NCBI GenBank assembly: GCA_016198165.1
Contig: JACQJF010000052.1
Location: 1-41,011 of the forward strand
Length of the DNA stretch: 41,011 bases
Reading direction: 5' to 3'
From: Candidatus Iainarchaeum sp.
GTDB lineage: Archaea; Iainarchaeota; Iainarchaeia; Iainarchaeales; GW2011-AR10
Part shown: positions 18,609 through 27,596 of the stretch, in pieces
How the letters are laid out: each line of letters starts with the position of its first letter
Numbering within the stretch: the first letter of the stretch is position 1
The notes under the pieces: generated by a model
Told to the model about the DNA's origin: nothing
Database searches by the model: none
The model's input: only the letters and a program-made list of their open reading frames with translations
Translations under genes and position numbers: made by a program

Positions 18609-19259
18609 ATGCGCTGGAGAGCACACCCTGTTTTTGCATCGCGTTTACCCCACTTAAAGCCATTCTCTAAAATAGGAAATCATCGTGTTTGGCGCGTGGA
18701 AGATATAGGGCAGCAACTTAGCAAGCTTTTGGAAACGGAGAAAATAACCCCTGAGCAGGCAAGCAGGGTATTCACTTATGTTATAAACACTGCCAATGAC
18801 CCTTCAAAGCCTCTGCCCAAAGGAACTATTGAGTTAAGGCGTAAATACCCTTTTCTTCAGCCCCACCAGCCGGAAAACGTGGTCAGAGTGGAACGCGGGG
18901 TTTTTTCACGGATTCCTGCCCGCAGGGAAAGGGCTTTTAGGCGTTACAGGATTTACGCCAATGCAGGAAAATACATAAGTAAACATTTTGGCCAAGTGCT
19001 CAATCCAGTTCAAAGACGCGAGCTTAAAGATATCTTCATGGGTTGGTTCAGGCTGCGTTTTTCCAACACAGGCAGAATCCCTGATGCGGCAACTTCAGAA
19101 GAGTTTCTTGGGCATTTTGCGGATTTTTTGCAAAGACAGCGTAAAGTGGGAAACCGGGCTGATTTTCAAGCCAGCGTGAATTTCGCCGTAACCATGTTTG
19201 AGCGCGCACTAACAAGCAGGGCTCGCAGACCCCCATCGAGAAAGCCTCCTGTTCGTTAA
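18609..19259 (+). CDS. Arg-rich orphan protein
   Basis: About 216 aa ORF filling the intergenic gap; very basic; no family recognised. Confidence 0.65.
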   Translation: MRWRAHPVFASRLPHLKPFSKIGNHRVWRVEDIGQQLSKLLETEKITPEQASRVFTYVINTANDPSKPLPKGTIELRRKYPFLQPHQPENVVRVERGVFSRIPARRERAFRRYRIYANAGKYISKHFGQVLNPVQRRELKDIFMGWFRLRFSNTGRIPDAATSEEFLGHFADFLQRQRKVGNRADFQASVNFAVTMFERALTSRARRPPSRKPPVR

Positions 19260-19295
19260 AAACTCTTTTACCATTTTTCCATCCCTCATTTTTTC

Positions 19296-20543
19296 ATGCA
19301 AAAGATTTCACCACAGCTTTGCGTGCGCTGCAAGGGCCGCCTCTGGTGCGGCCTGTCGGCATGCCCCATTATGGAAAAATTCGAGTCACAGAAACAGTCG
19401 CTTGCACTGGTCAAGGGCACGAGGTTTGAGGGTTCGAACCCGCCTGGTTTTCTCGTCACGCACAAAAATTACCCCAACATCCAGGCAGGCCCTGTATCAC
19501 TGCCTGGGGTGGAAAAGGACTCGTCTTTTTTCGATGACCCCACAAAATGGTTCGGCATGTCAGCGCGCGAAATCATTTCCATGCGCGCACGCTTGTTGTC
19601 TTCAAGTGTGCCTGTCAAGGCAAGTGATGCATCCAACCCAAAGCGCGGGCTTTTGGAAATGCAGGAAGTCGTGCTTTCAAGAACCCCCGTGTCTGCAGAG
19701 TTTGAGTTGAAAGAAAAGCCAAAACATGTCCTGTCTTTTAGTGACACTGTTGCCCCGGTTGGCGCGCGTGCGCGCCTTGAAAAAATGTCCCTTTCAGGCT
19801 CGCCGAGGCTCCCGAAGAAGGCGGAGTATTTCTGGAGTGACTCCGACGCAAAAGCCATTGAAGCCCTGGAAGGCCTGTTCCAATCTGGCATGCCCGTGCA
19901 TTACCTGTACAAGGCGCTCAGTTCCGGCGCATTCGGGGTTAAAAAAAACCGCAAGCTTGTCCCAACGCGCTGGTCAATTACGAGCGTGGATTCCCGGTTG
20001 TCAGGGTTTTTAGTGGACAAAAAAATCAAGTCATTTAGGGAACTTGGGCCAGTAGAAGTTTACGCAGAATCTTTTTTGGGAAACCATTTTTTTGTCGTGC
20101 TTGTCCCGCGTGAGTGGGGTTTTGAAATGCTTGAATCCTGGCTTCCTGGCGCAGGCTGGGCGGCTTTTGCTGAAAAAAAAGAATTCCATGTCCTGTGCGA
20201 CCACGAGGGTTATGACGGGCGCAGGGATTACGCGTCAAACATTACCGGGGCCTATTACGCCGCGCGCCTGCCGGTTGCAGAGCATCTCGTGCGCAAAAAG
20301 CGCCAGGCATCGGTTTTCGTTTTCCGTGAAATAGATGAAACATACAACATCGGCCTTGGGGTGTGGGTCATCCGCGAGACAATGAAAAAGGCGCTTGAAA
20401 AAAAGCCACAGGTTTTTTCTTCGCTGAATGAGGCTTTTTCTTTTGTCTCCCCGCGTTTGCAGGTGCCTTTTGCTTTGTATGAGAAAACGAGCAGTCTCAT
20501 GGGGCGCGTGAGGTTCCAGTCCAGACTATCGGATTTTTCTTGA
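19296..20543 (+). CDS. nreA: Nre family DNA repair protein
   Basis: CVRCKGRLWCGLSACP zinc motif, RKLVPTRWSITSVD, GAYYAARL, C-terminal PIP box QSRLSDF. Confidence 0.92.
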   Translation: MQKISPQLCVRCKGRLWCGLSACPIMEKFESQKQSLALVKGTRFEGSNPPGFLVTHKNYPNIQAGPVSLPGVEKDSSFFDDPTKWFGMSAREIISMRARLLSSSVPVKASDASNPKRGLLEMQEVVLSRTPVSAEFELKEKPKHVLSFSDTVAPVGARARLEKMSLSGSPRLPKKAEYFWSDSDAKAIEALEGLFQSGMPVHYLYKALSSGAFGVKKNRKLVPTRWSITSVDSRLSGFLVDKKIKSFRELGPVEVYAESFLGNHFFVVLVPREWGFEMLESWLPGAGWAAFAEKKEFHVLCDHEGYDGRRDYASNITGAYYAARLPVAEHLVRKKRQASVFVFREIDETYNIGLGVWVIRETMKKALEKKPQVFSSLNEAFSFVSPRLQVPFALYEKTSSLMGRVRFQSRLSDFS

Positions 20544-20557
20544 ACGCGGGGCAAAAT

Positions 20558-21532
20558 TTATTCGTGCTGTTTTTTGTGCTTTGCAAACTGTGCAAGCATT
20601 GCCTCAAGCTGTATTCTTTCGCTTGCGCCCTCTACAAGCCTGAAATCGTATTCGCCGATGATGTCTGCAAGGTCTGCCTTGAGTTTGAGCGGGATTACGG
20701 TGTCATCTGAGTTCATCATTTCCCTGTAGAGCTGCCCGATTACGTCTTCCCCGCTCATGCCGTAAGCGTAGAGCAAATAATCGAGTTTGTCGCGTGCTTC
20801 GAGGAATTTTCCCGAAAGCGCAAGCGTAATCATTTCCTTTATTTCCGCGGGGTTTGCGCGGCTTGAAATGGAAAAAACTTCCTTGTCCGAGATTTTTTTG
20901 TCCGCGCTTGAGGCCGCCTGGAGGACGTTGATTGCTTTTCTCATGTCTCCTTCCGAGACGTAGACAATTGCGTCAAGCGCGCTTTTTTCAAGCTCCACTT
21001 TTTCGCTTTCCGCCACTTCCAAGATTTTTTTTTCAACGTCTTTTGAAGGCAGGCTCTTGAAGCGGAAAACGACACAGCGTGACTGTATGGGTTCAATTAG
21101 CTTTGATGAAAAATTGCATGACAAAATGAAGCGGCATGTTTTCGAGTATTTTTCCATGGTTCTCCTGAGTGCCTGCTGTGCGTCCTGCGTCAAGGCGTCC
21201 GACTCGTCGAGGAAAATTATCTTGAAGGAAGAGTCGAATGCAAGCGTGCGCGCGAAGTCCTTGATTGTCCCGCGAACGACATCGATGCCTCTTGCATCAC
21301 TCGCATTCAACTCTAAAAAATTCTGTTCAAAGCTTTTTGGGAACAGTTCTTTTGCCAGGGCGATTGCCGCTGAGGTTTTCCCTATTCCTGCGCGGCCTGC
21401 AAAGAGCATGTTCGGAACCGACCGGTTTTTTGCGTATTCCTCGAGTTTTTTCGTTATTTCCCCGTGGCCAACCACTTCTTTGAGTGTTTTTGGCCTGTAT
21501 TTTTCAATCCATGGAAGCCCTTCGTTCATCAA
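20558..21532 (-). CDS. rfcS: Replication factor C small subunit
   Basis: PWIEKYRP, GRAGIGKT, ELNASDARG, DESD, QSRC, GDMRKAIN; no intein. Confidence 0.97.
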   Translation of the reverse strand: MMNEGLPWIEKYRPKTLKEVVGHGEITKKLEEYAKNRSVPNMLFAGRAGIGKTSAAIALAKELFPKSFEQNFLELNASDARGIDVVRGTIKDFARTLAFDSSFKIIFLDESDALTQDAQQALRRTMEKYSKTCRFILSCNFSSKLIEPIQSRCVVFRFKSLPSKDVEKKILEVAESEKVELEKSALDAIVYVSEGDMRKAINVLQAASSADKKISDKEVFSISSRANPAEIKEMITLALSGKFLEARDKLDYLLYAYGMSGEDVIGQLYREMMNSDDTVIPLKLKADLADIIGEYDFRLVEGASERIQLEAMLAQFAKHKKQHE

Positions 21533-21670
21533 AAAAACCTTTTTTTTCTTTGAAATCTTTGAAATATTTTCTTCCCGTGAAGGTGTTTTAAAAGCATAAG
21601 GGGGCCTCTTTCTTGTAGCTTTTAATTATTAATGTTACAAAAAGTAGTGTGTTTTCATGTTAACCCAAAA

Positions 21671-21728
21671 TATTACCGTCCCTTCGCAGGAAGGGGCACA
21701 TATGCGGCGTAAACCTGCGCACAGGTTT
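21671..21728 (+). repeat. Structured repeat copy C
   Basis: TATTACC-GTCCCTTC GCAG GAAGGGGC-ACATATGCGGCG-T-AAACCTG CGCA CAGGTTT, ending just before the ATG at 21734. Confidence 0.7.
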
Positions 21729-21733
21729 TTTTC

Positions 21734-22306
21734 ATGAACCGGGATAACGCGTTAAAGATTGGCTTTGTTTTCATTGTCAGTTACGTTTTTTTGTTCGTGC
21801 TTTCATCGCTTAGCGACCTGACCGGTTTTCGGAAATGGGGTTTGACAACGGATATTTTCCGCCTTGACTACATGTATGCCCTCCTGCCTGTCGCAGGCTT
21901 TTTCTTCATGTTTTTCCTTGTTGACTGGATTGAGTCTTTTTTTGAAACAAGGTTCACGCGCACGCCGTGGTTTGGGGTGTTTGTCCTCGTGATGGGCATT
22001 GTGGCTTTCTACATTGCGTCTTTCTGGTTTTTCTGCAACGTTTTCGGGTTTTCGACAAATGAGGCGTGCGGTCAGCAGGGTGCAAAGAACACTCTTGAGT
22101 ACCTGTCTGCAAATGCTGATACCAGAAACGTAATCATCGGCTTTTTGTCAGGCTTGCCGGGGGTAGGGCCTTTTTTCGGGTCTTTTCTGGGCACGAATTT
22201 TTTCAGGCTTTTTCTGGAGAGCGCCTTTGTTCTTTTCCTGCTTTCGGCAGTTTTCGGCTGGGCGGCAAGACTTATTTACTTTAAGCTTGAAGGGGCAAAG
22301 GCTTAA
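21734..22306 (+). CDS. Hypothetical integral membrane protein
   Basis: About 4 hydrophobic helices. Confidence 0.75.
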   Translation: MNRDNALKIGFVFIVSYVFLFVLSSLSDLTGFRKWGLTTDIFRLDYMYALLPVAGFFFMFFLVDWIESFFETRFTRTPWFGVFVLVMGIVAFYIASFWFFCNVFGFSTNEACGQQGAKNTLEYLSANADTRNVIIGFLSGLPGVGPFFGSFLGTNFFRLFLESAFVLFLLSAVFGWAARLIYFKLEGAKA

Positions 22307-22374
22307 ACCACTCCCCGTTATTGCGGGGGTTTTTTAAAAGTTTTCGAGGAATTGTTTTTTTTGGGGTTAAGGGG

Positions 22375-23112
22375 GTGTCGTTTATTTTCAGGACTGCGTT
22401 GAAGCTTTATTTTTCAAACATTTCAAGCGTGCTTGGGTTTGGGCTTCTCCTGGTTTTCGTGCTTTTTTTTCTCGGCATGCAGGGGGTTTTTACTTCAAGC
22501 GGCTCGATTTTTTTCACTTATGCTGTCCCGGCTGCCGGGTATCTCGAATCCCTGATTTTTGGCCTCGTGTTTCTTGGGTTTATTTTCGCATACTCGGTTT
22601 TCACAATCACGGTTGTGTTTGCGGTGCGCTCACAGCTGAGCCGGGTAAAACTCCACTATTATTTTTCCGAGAAAATAAGGCGGTTTGCAGTCAAGTATTT
22701 CGTTTTTCTGGCCTTGTTTTCGCTTGCATCATTTTTCCTTTCCGTTCTTTTGGGGTTTGCAGGGTTCAAGGCACTGGGTTTTCTTCTTTCAGCCGCCGTA
22801 GTGTTCTTCCTCATGTTTTTGCCCCAGGCGATAGTTGTTGACGAGGAAAGCATGCAGTCATCACTGCAGAACGCATTTGAGTTTTCATTGAAGCACAAAA
22901 AAACGACGTTCCTGGTTTTTTTGTCAGCCCTGTTGGCTGTTTTTGCCCTCTCGGTTTTGGAGTTTGCCCTCAACGTGTTTTTGCTTCCGGGTGAGTTTTT
23001 GTCGCTTCTTGTGGTTTCATTTTTTCTTGTCCCGTTTATCGAGGTTGTCAAGACTATTTACTACATGGAAAAAATGGGCCTCGTGAAAAACGTTTCACTG
23101 AAACTGCAGTGA
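22375..23112 (+). CDS. Hypothetical polytopic membrane protein
   Basis: About 6 TM helices, FLPQAIVVDE...SLQNAF pattern; GTG start at 22375 assumed. Confidence 0.7.
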   Translation: MSFIFRTALKLYFSNISSVLGFGLLLVFVLFFLGMQGVFTSSGSIFFTYAVPAAGYLESLIFGLVFLGFIFAYSVFTITVVFAVRSQLSRVKLHYYFSEKIRRFAVKYFVFLALFSLASFFLSVLLGFAGFKALGFLLSAAVVFFLMFLPQAIVVDEESMQSSLQNAFEFSLKHKKTTFLVFLSALLAVFALSVLEFALNVFLLPGEFLSLLVVSFFLVPFIEVVKTIYYMEKMGLVKNVSLKLQ

Positions 23113-23118
23113 GTTTTG

Positions 23119-24630
23119 TCACTCTCTTTTTTCAATGGTGCAGGCAAGCGCGTTTTTTGAGAACAATGACTCCATTTCGTCCGCGTCCATGGCGTGAAAG
23201 TTTTTCTGCAGGCCATTTTTGAGCAGCCCCATGTTTTCCTCAATCCCTGTTTGCCAGTCGCTTTCAATGAAAATTCCTGTGCCGCTTTTAAGCGCTTTTT
23301 TCGCCTCCGCGGAAATAACTGAAATTTTTTCCGCGAAATTTTCCGGTTTTTGGGCCCTCACAATTATCGCGTTGTCGCATTCGGGTGTTGAAATTCTTTT
23401 TTCTTTCTCCGAGAATGCCTCCTGCAGGGCTTTGAGCGCCGCCAGCATATCTTCTTTCGGGCTCCCTGCTTTTTTGTCGAAAAACTTTTCCTGGAAAAGC
23501 TCTGCTGCCATGCCAAGCGTGCTGGTGCTACCGTGGATTTGCTCCGTGAACAGGAATTTTTTCTGCTTTTGGCAGTTGAGGAAAATCATGGAGTGTGTTT
23601 TCTCGAAAAGTTTAAGCTTGTACCTTGAATCGATTGCCGCTGCCAGGGCAAAATGCCTGCTTTTTCCTGCCTGGAACGCTTTTGCGAAATGTTTTGCGAA
23701 CTCGACTGCTTTTTCTTTTTGCCTTTGCGGCATTTCCGTTTCCTCGCCGGGGGACATGTTGAGCGTGACTGCCGGAGTGAAATGACCGGTGTTATGCATG
23801 TACGACTGGTTGAGCTGTTCAAGCGCGAACACTGCGGTTGCTTTTGTTTCAGCCGCGCTTTTTTTTTCAAGTGGTTTTGCAAAAAACTCGTTTAATCCCC
23901 TGAGGGCCGGTTGGATTGTAGTATTTTTTGCCTGTGTGAAAAAAATTCCCTGCAGTTCGAGGAAAGAGAAAGGATGGTTTTTTTGCGCGCAGGGAAGCAA
24001 GAAGGACGCGGCGAAAGGTTTTGTCGAGTAATCGTGGATGCCGTGGAGAAATATTTTCTGCTTGAAGTGAAGCTCTTTTGCTTTTTGTGGCACTGCCGCA
24101 AGCCAGTTGTACTGCCTTGAAATCTCGTTTTCGGGCACTGCTTCTTTTGCAGTAATTTTTTTTTCGGCGTCAAAAACGGGGAGCCCGAGCCTTGAGTACC
24201 GGTAGTATGTTTTTGTCTGCCCGAATTCAAGTAGTTTTTCTGCAGCCATGTCCCGTATAAGTGAAGTGGTGAAATATCGTGTTCCGAGCGTTTTGAGTTT
24301 TTCCTCGACTTCGGAGCTTATTTTTTCCGCCAGCTGCCTATTGAGCCGTGTTTCATTCACAAGCGACTTGGTTATGTTTCCCCTGTTGAATGGCTCAAGC
24401 TTTTCTTTTGAAGTGAAAACCCTCATTTTGCGGAACGAATAGAAGACTTTTGCCGCGTCAGGGTTTATTTTTTTCAGCTGTTCGAAAGCGTTTTTGAGGG
24501 TCTGTTTTTTGTCAAGCTCCAGGCCCTTTAGCTGCTGGATTATCTTGAGTATTTCCCATTTCGTGGCTCCGGCTTCCTGGAACTCTTTTGCGATTTTTTC
24601 AATGAACGGGTTGACAAGTTTTTCAGGCAT
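23119..24630 (-). CDS. ATP-cone protein related to class III ribonucleotide reductase NrdD, apparently inactive
   Basis: RVFTSKEKLEPFNRGNITKSLVNET...TTSLIRD...YSRLGLPVFD matches the archaeal NrdD N-terminus; no glycyl-radical loop or Zn CxxC pairs at the C-terminus. Confidence 0.7.
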   Translation of the reverse strand: MPEKLVNPFIEKIAKEFQEAGATKWEILKIIQQLKGLELDKKQTLKNAFEQLKKINPDAAKVFYSFRKMRVFTSKEKLEPFNRGNITKSLVNETRLNRQLAEKISSEVEEKLKTLGTRYFTTSLIRDMAAEKLLEFGQTKTYYRYSRLGLPVFDAEKKITAKEAVPENEISRQYNWLAAVPQKAKELHFKQKIFLHGIHDYSTKPFAASFLLPCAQKNHPFSFLELQGIFFTQAKNTTIQPALRGLNEFFAKPLEKKSAAETKATAVFALEQLNQSYMHNTGHFTPAVTLNMSPGEETEMPQRQKEKAVEFAKHFAKAFQAGKSRHFALAAAIDSRYKLKLFEKTHSMIFLNCQKQKKFLFTEQIHGSTSTLGMAAELFQEKFFDKKAGSPKEDMLAALKALQEAFSEKEKRISTPECDNAIIVRAQKPENFAEKISVISAEAKKALKSGTGIFIESDWQTGIEENMGLLKNGLQKNFHAMDADEMESLFSKNALACTIEKRE

Positions 24631-24756
24631 CCATTGATTTGTTGGAAAACTTAATTAAAAACATGACACGCAAAAAACCCGCTTAAGTTTGCAAACTTTT
24701 TATTAATTGTTTGTTCAATTAGTTAATCATTTGGTTTTTGTGGGGGGGATTTTTTT

Positions 24757-25233
24757 TTGCCTGTGTCTGAGCTTGACAAGATTGACCTGCGTATTCTTCA
24801 GAGCCTTCTTTATGACGGCAGGATTTCTTTCAGTGCCATTGCAAAGGAGGTCGGCCTGACTGACGTTGCTATCAAGAAGCGTTTTGAACGCCTCAAGCGC
24901 AAGGGCGTTATAGCGTCAATTTCGGCAAACCTTGACCTCAAGACGCTTGGGTATGAGAACCCTATTTTTGTCCAGATTCGTTCAGAGATTTCAAAAAACA
25001 AGAATCTGGTCAAGAGGCTTCGGGAGTTTGACTCGATTGTGGAGCTTTACCAGGTTCTTGGGGAATACAACCTGCTTGCAAAACTCGTGGTCCCAAACCT
25101 TGAAATGGCTGAAAAATTCATCGAGTCGCTTGGAACACTTGACGGCGTTTTGGACATAAAGGCATCGGTAATCCTTTCTGAACTGAAAAAAACCAATTCC
25201 CTGCCGATTTTTTCGCTCCAAAAAAAACTCTGA
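24757..25233 (+). CDS. Lrp/AsnC family transcriptional regulator
   Basis: LDKIDLRILQSLLYDGRISFSAIAKEVGLT...RFERLKRKGVI; RAM domain VLGEYNL. Confidence 0.93.
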   Translation: MPVSELDKIDLRILQSLLYDGRISFSAIAKEVGLTDVAIKKRFERLKRKGVIASISANLDLKTLGYENPIFVQIRSEISKNKNLVKRLREFDSIVELYQVLGEYNLLAKLVVPNLEMAEKFIESLGTLDGVLDIKASVILSELKKTNSLPIFSLQKKL

Positions 25234-25250
25234 AAAACCCCACAAGCCTA

Positions 25251-25266
25251 TTCGTCAATTGACGAA
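25251..25266. promoter_or_regulatory. Palindromic operator TTCGTCAATTGACGAA, copy 2
   Basis: Identical to copy 1; followed by AAGCTTTTTAT; ATG 35 nt downstream. Confidence 0.75.
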
Positions 25267-25300
25267 AAGCTTTTTATTTTCTTTGGCTCACCGTTTTTTC

Positions 25301-25480
25301 ATGGTTTCTAGGTTTCATTCAAGGGCACAGGTTTCAGTGGAACTCATAATAATTTTTGCCGCGGTGGTCGCAGTTGCCCTGCTCCTCATAACACAACTCC
25401 AGAAGACAACCAAGGAGGGTTCTGAAGTCATTGAGGACAAGGCAGAAGACATTTTTGACCAGATAAGTGACATAAAGTGA
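25301..25480 (+). CDS. Short pilin
   Basis: SRA/QVSVELIIIF; ATG at 25301. Confidence 0.85.
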   Translation: MVSRFHSRAQVSVELIIIFAAVVAVALLLITQLQKTTKEGSEVIEDKAEDIFDQISDIK

Positions 25481-25899
25481 GTGCAGGGAAAGCCCAGTCA
25501 AGCATTGAGTTTCTAATGCTTCTTGCAGCGTCCACGGCAGTCCTGCTTGTCCTCGTCGGGGCCTCCAAGTCAGTGTTTTTTTCCGGGCTTTTTGCACTTG
25601 ACATCCAGACAGCGCAGGGTTTTCTTTCCGAGCTGAACGCAAAATCCGACATGCTCTCTTTTTTCGGCGAAGGCTCAATCCTTCAGGCAAAGGCGAGTTT
25701 TTTCGGTTCCGCGAGGATTTTTTCAGAAGATGGTTTTGTCCTCATCGAGGTAAAAAGCCCGGTTCTTGTGCAGTCAAAACTTCTTTCGCAAAAAACTTCA
25801 ACCGATGTAAACGCTTTTGTCCCTGAAACAAGCGGGCCTGTCAGGGTTGAACTGGTGCGCACAGGGACGGGAGTTTTAATCAAAGACGGTGACCCTTAG
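25477..25899 (+). CDS. Class III signal peptide pilin
   Basis: GKA/QSSIEFLML; GTGA overlap with the previous gene. Confidence 0.85.
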   Translation: MSAGKAQSSIEFLMLLAASTAVLLVLVGASKSVFFSGLFALDIQTAQGFLSELNAKSDMLSFFGEGSILQAKASFFGSARIFSEDGFVLIEVKSPVLVQSKLLSQKTSTDVNAFVPETSGPVRVELVRTGTGVLIKDGDP

Positions 25900-26226
25900 C
25901 CTGACTGGTTTGAGGTTTTCGTCAAGGAAAAAAGTTTCGGAAGAAAACGCCTTTGCCCCGTGGGGGTTTCCTACGGGAATTTTTTCCTCTCCCGCAATTA
26001 TCTCGCCGTTTTTTTCGCCAAAAGCCAGCCTGAAATCTTTTCTCAACTCTTCTGGTGAAACAATCTTTTCTGCCTGCCACACTGCCAATAGGTCGTGGGT
26101 TTTCTGTGCAATTGCAAGGCTTGTGAAATTGTTCATTTCAGGTGCCTCAAGCGTGGAAAGAAAAACAACGATGACGATGAACCCGAGAATGCAGTCAAAA
26201 AGCGCATAATGGCCGTGCCTATCCAC
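25876..26226 (-). CDS. Putative minor pilin-like protein
   Basis: MDRHG/HYALFD then a hydrophobic helix. Confidence 0.55.
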   Translation of the reverse strand: MDRHGHYALFDCILGFIVIVVFLSTLEAPEMNNFTSLAIAQKTHDLLAVWQAEKIVSPEELRKDFRLAFGEKNGEIIAGEEKIPVGNPHGAKAFSSETFFLDENLKPVRLRVTVFD

Positions 26227-26686
26227 AGGCAGTCACCTCAAGGAGAATTTTCTCATTTTTTTCCAAGTCTACGATGAATCTCTGTGCGGCAAGGCATTCT
26301 GCAAAACTTGTTTTGCCGTAATCAAAGATTGTTTCCTTTTCCCCGTTTTCATGCACCGCCTCTACTTTTTTCACGGTAACTCCTGCGATTTGCGCGTGTT
26401 CCCTGCCTGCATTTCTGAGTGCCTCAAGTGAAATGACGTTTGCCCTCACGCGCCCAAGGAGGGGGTCAAAGACTGCCGCGCCCAGAAAAGGGTTTTCCGT
26501 GTTGTGGTTTTTCACCATTGCGTCTGCAAGGAAGATTGTTTTTCTCCAAAACTCGGCGTTTTTTTCGTTTGCAAGCGTTTTTCCAGCCAGGCTGCTTACC
26601 GAATGAATCATTGCCATGGCTATGAACAGCATGCCGATTAATGCAAAAGCTCCCTGGAAAGAAAAAAGCCCTCCTTTATCCCGCAT
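26219..26686 (-). CDS. Putative minor pilin-like protein
   Basis: MRDKG/GLFSFQG then a hydrophobic helix; ATG at 26686. Confidence 0.6.
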   Translation of the reverse strand: MRDKGGLFSFQGAFALIGMLFIAMAMIHSVSSLAGKTLANEKNAEFWRKTIFLADAMVKNHNTENPFLGAAVFDPLLGRVRANVISLEALRNAGREHAQIAGVTVKKVEAVHENGEKETIFDYGKTSFAECLAAQRFIVDLEKNEKILLEVTACG

Positions 26687-27023
26687 AGTGTGCCTCCACT
26701 TCAACTTCGATTACAACGCCGTTTTCGTTTGTAGAGATTTTTTTTGCAGGCGCGATTGTCATGGAATTTTTGGCAAAACCGTTTTTTGCCGCCCATATTT
26801 TTTCATCTGCCGCGTGGCATTCTGTTTCAAGCTCCGCGAATTTTCCCCCGCTGTTTGCATAAAACGAGTCGATGAGTGCTGCGCATTTTTCCGCCTCCAC
26901 CTTTGCCCCAAACGCGTAGAACGCGCCTTGGGTTTTTTCATGCAGTGTCGTGGCCGCCTCAAGCCCGAATCCTGTTACAAGGAGCACGATTATTGCCGAC
27001 ATTGTAAAGTCAATGGTGTTCAT
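26676..27023 (-). CDS. Putative pilin-like protein lacking a basic leader
   Basis: MNTIDF then a hydrophobic helix; ATGA coupling with the upstream gene. Confidence 0.55.
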   Translation of the reverse strand: MNTIDFTMSAIIVLLVTGFGLEAATTLHEKTQGAFYAFGAKVEAEKCAALIDSFYANSGGKFAELETECHAADEKIWAAKNGFAKNSMTIAPAKKISTNENGVVIEVEVEAHYAG

Positions 27024-27562
27024 TTGAGGGCCACTACCGCTGCCATTGAATAGCCGATGGGAAGCATGAATTCGGTTGAATAATTCGGCCCGCTTATCCG
27101 TGCCTTGAAATGCGTGTCCCGCAGAATTCCTCCTGTGAAAAAAAACCATGCAGTGGTGATTCCTTCTTCGCTTATGACAAGGACTGAAGAGGATTCTCCC
27201 AGGATAGTGTCCGAGATTTTTTCTTTTGCCCCATGTTTTTCAATGAAAAATTCCGCTTTTATGCTGCCTGAGTCAAACAGGCCCTGTTCAGAAAGCCAAA
27301 TGATTTTTTCCACTGTTTTTTTCTTTATTTCTTGCGCGTCAAGGTTGTTGTTTTTGATTTCGTTTTCAAGCGCGGTTTTCACCGTGTCGTCGAAAATGTT
27401 TTCCATCTGGGTTCTTGTGAAAGTGACTTTCTCCATTTCAAGTGCCTGTGTCAGGACAGTGTCTGCTTGTTTTTCCGCGTTAAAGCGCGTGTTTTGAAGC
27501 GAGATTGTCGCAGCCAGTGCCGCAAGGGCAATTACTGCAAAGGAAAACCCGCGCCGGTTCAT
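27020..27562 (-). CDS. Putative minor pilin-like protein
   Basis: MNRRG/FSFAVIAL; ATG at 27562. Confidence 0.65.
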   Translation of the reverse strand: MNRRGFSFAVIALAALAATISLQNTRFNAEKQADTVLTQALEMEKVTFTRTQMENIFDDTVKTALENEIKNNNLDAQEIKKKTVEKIIWLSEQGLFDSGSIKAEFFIEKHGAKEKISDTILGESSSVLVISEEGITTAWFFFTGGILRDTHFKARISGPNYSTEFMLPIGYSMAAVVALK

Positions 27563-27596
27563 CCATGGACTAATGCCTGAAAACAAACTTAAATAT

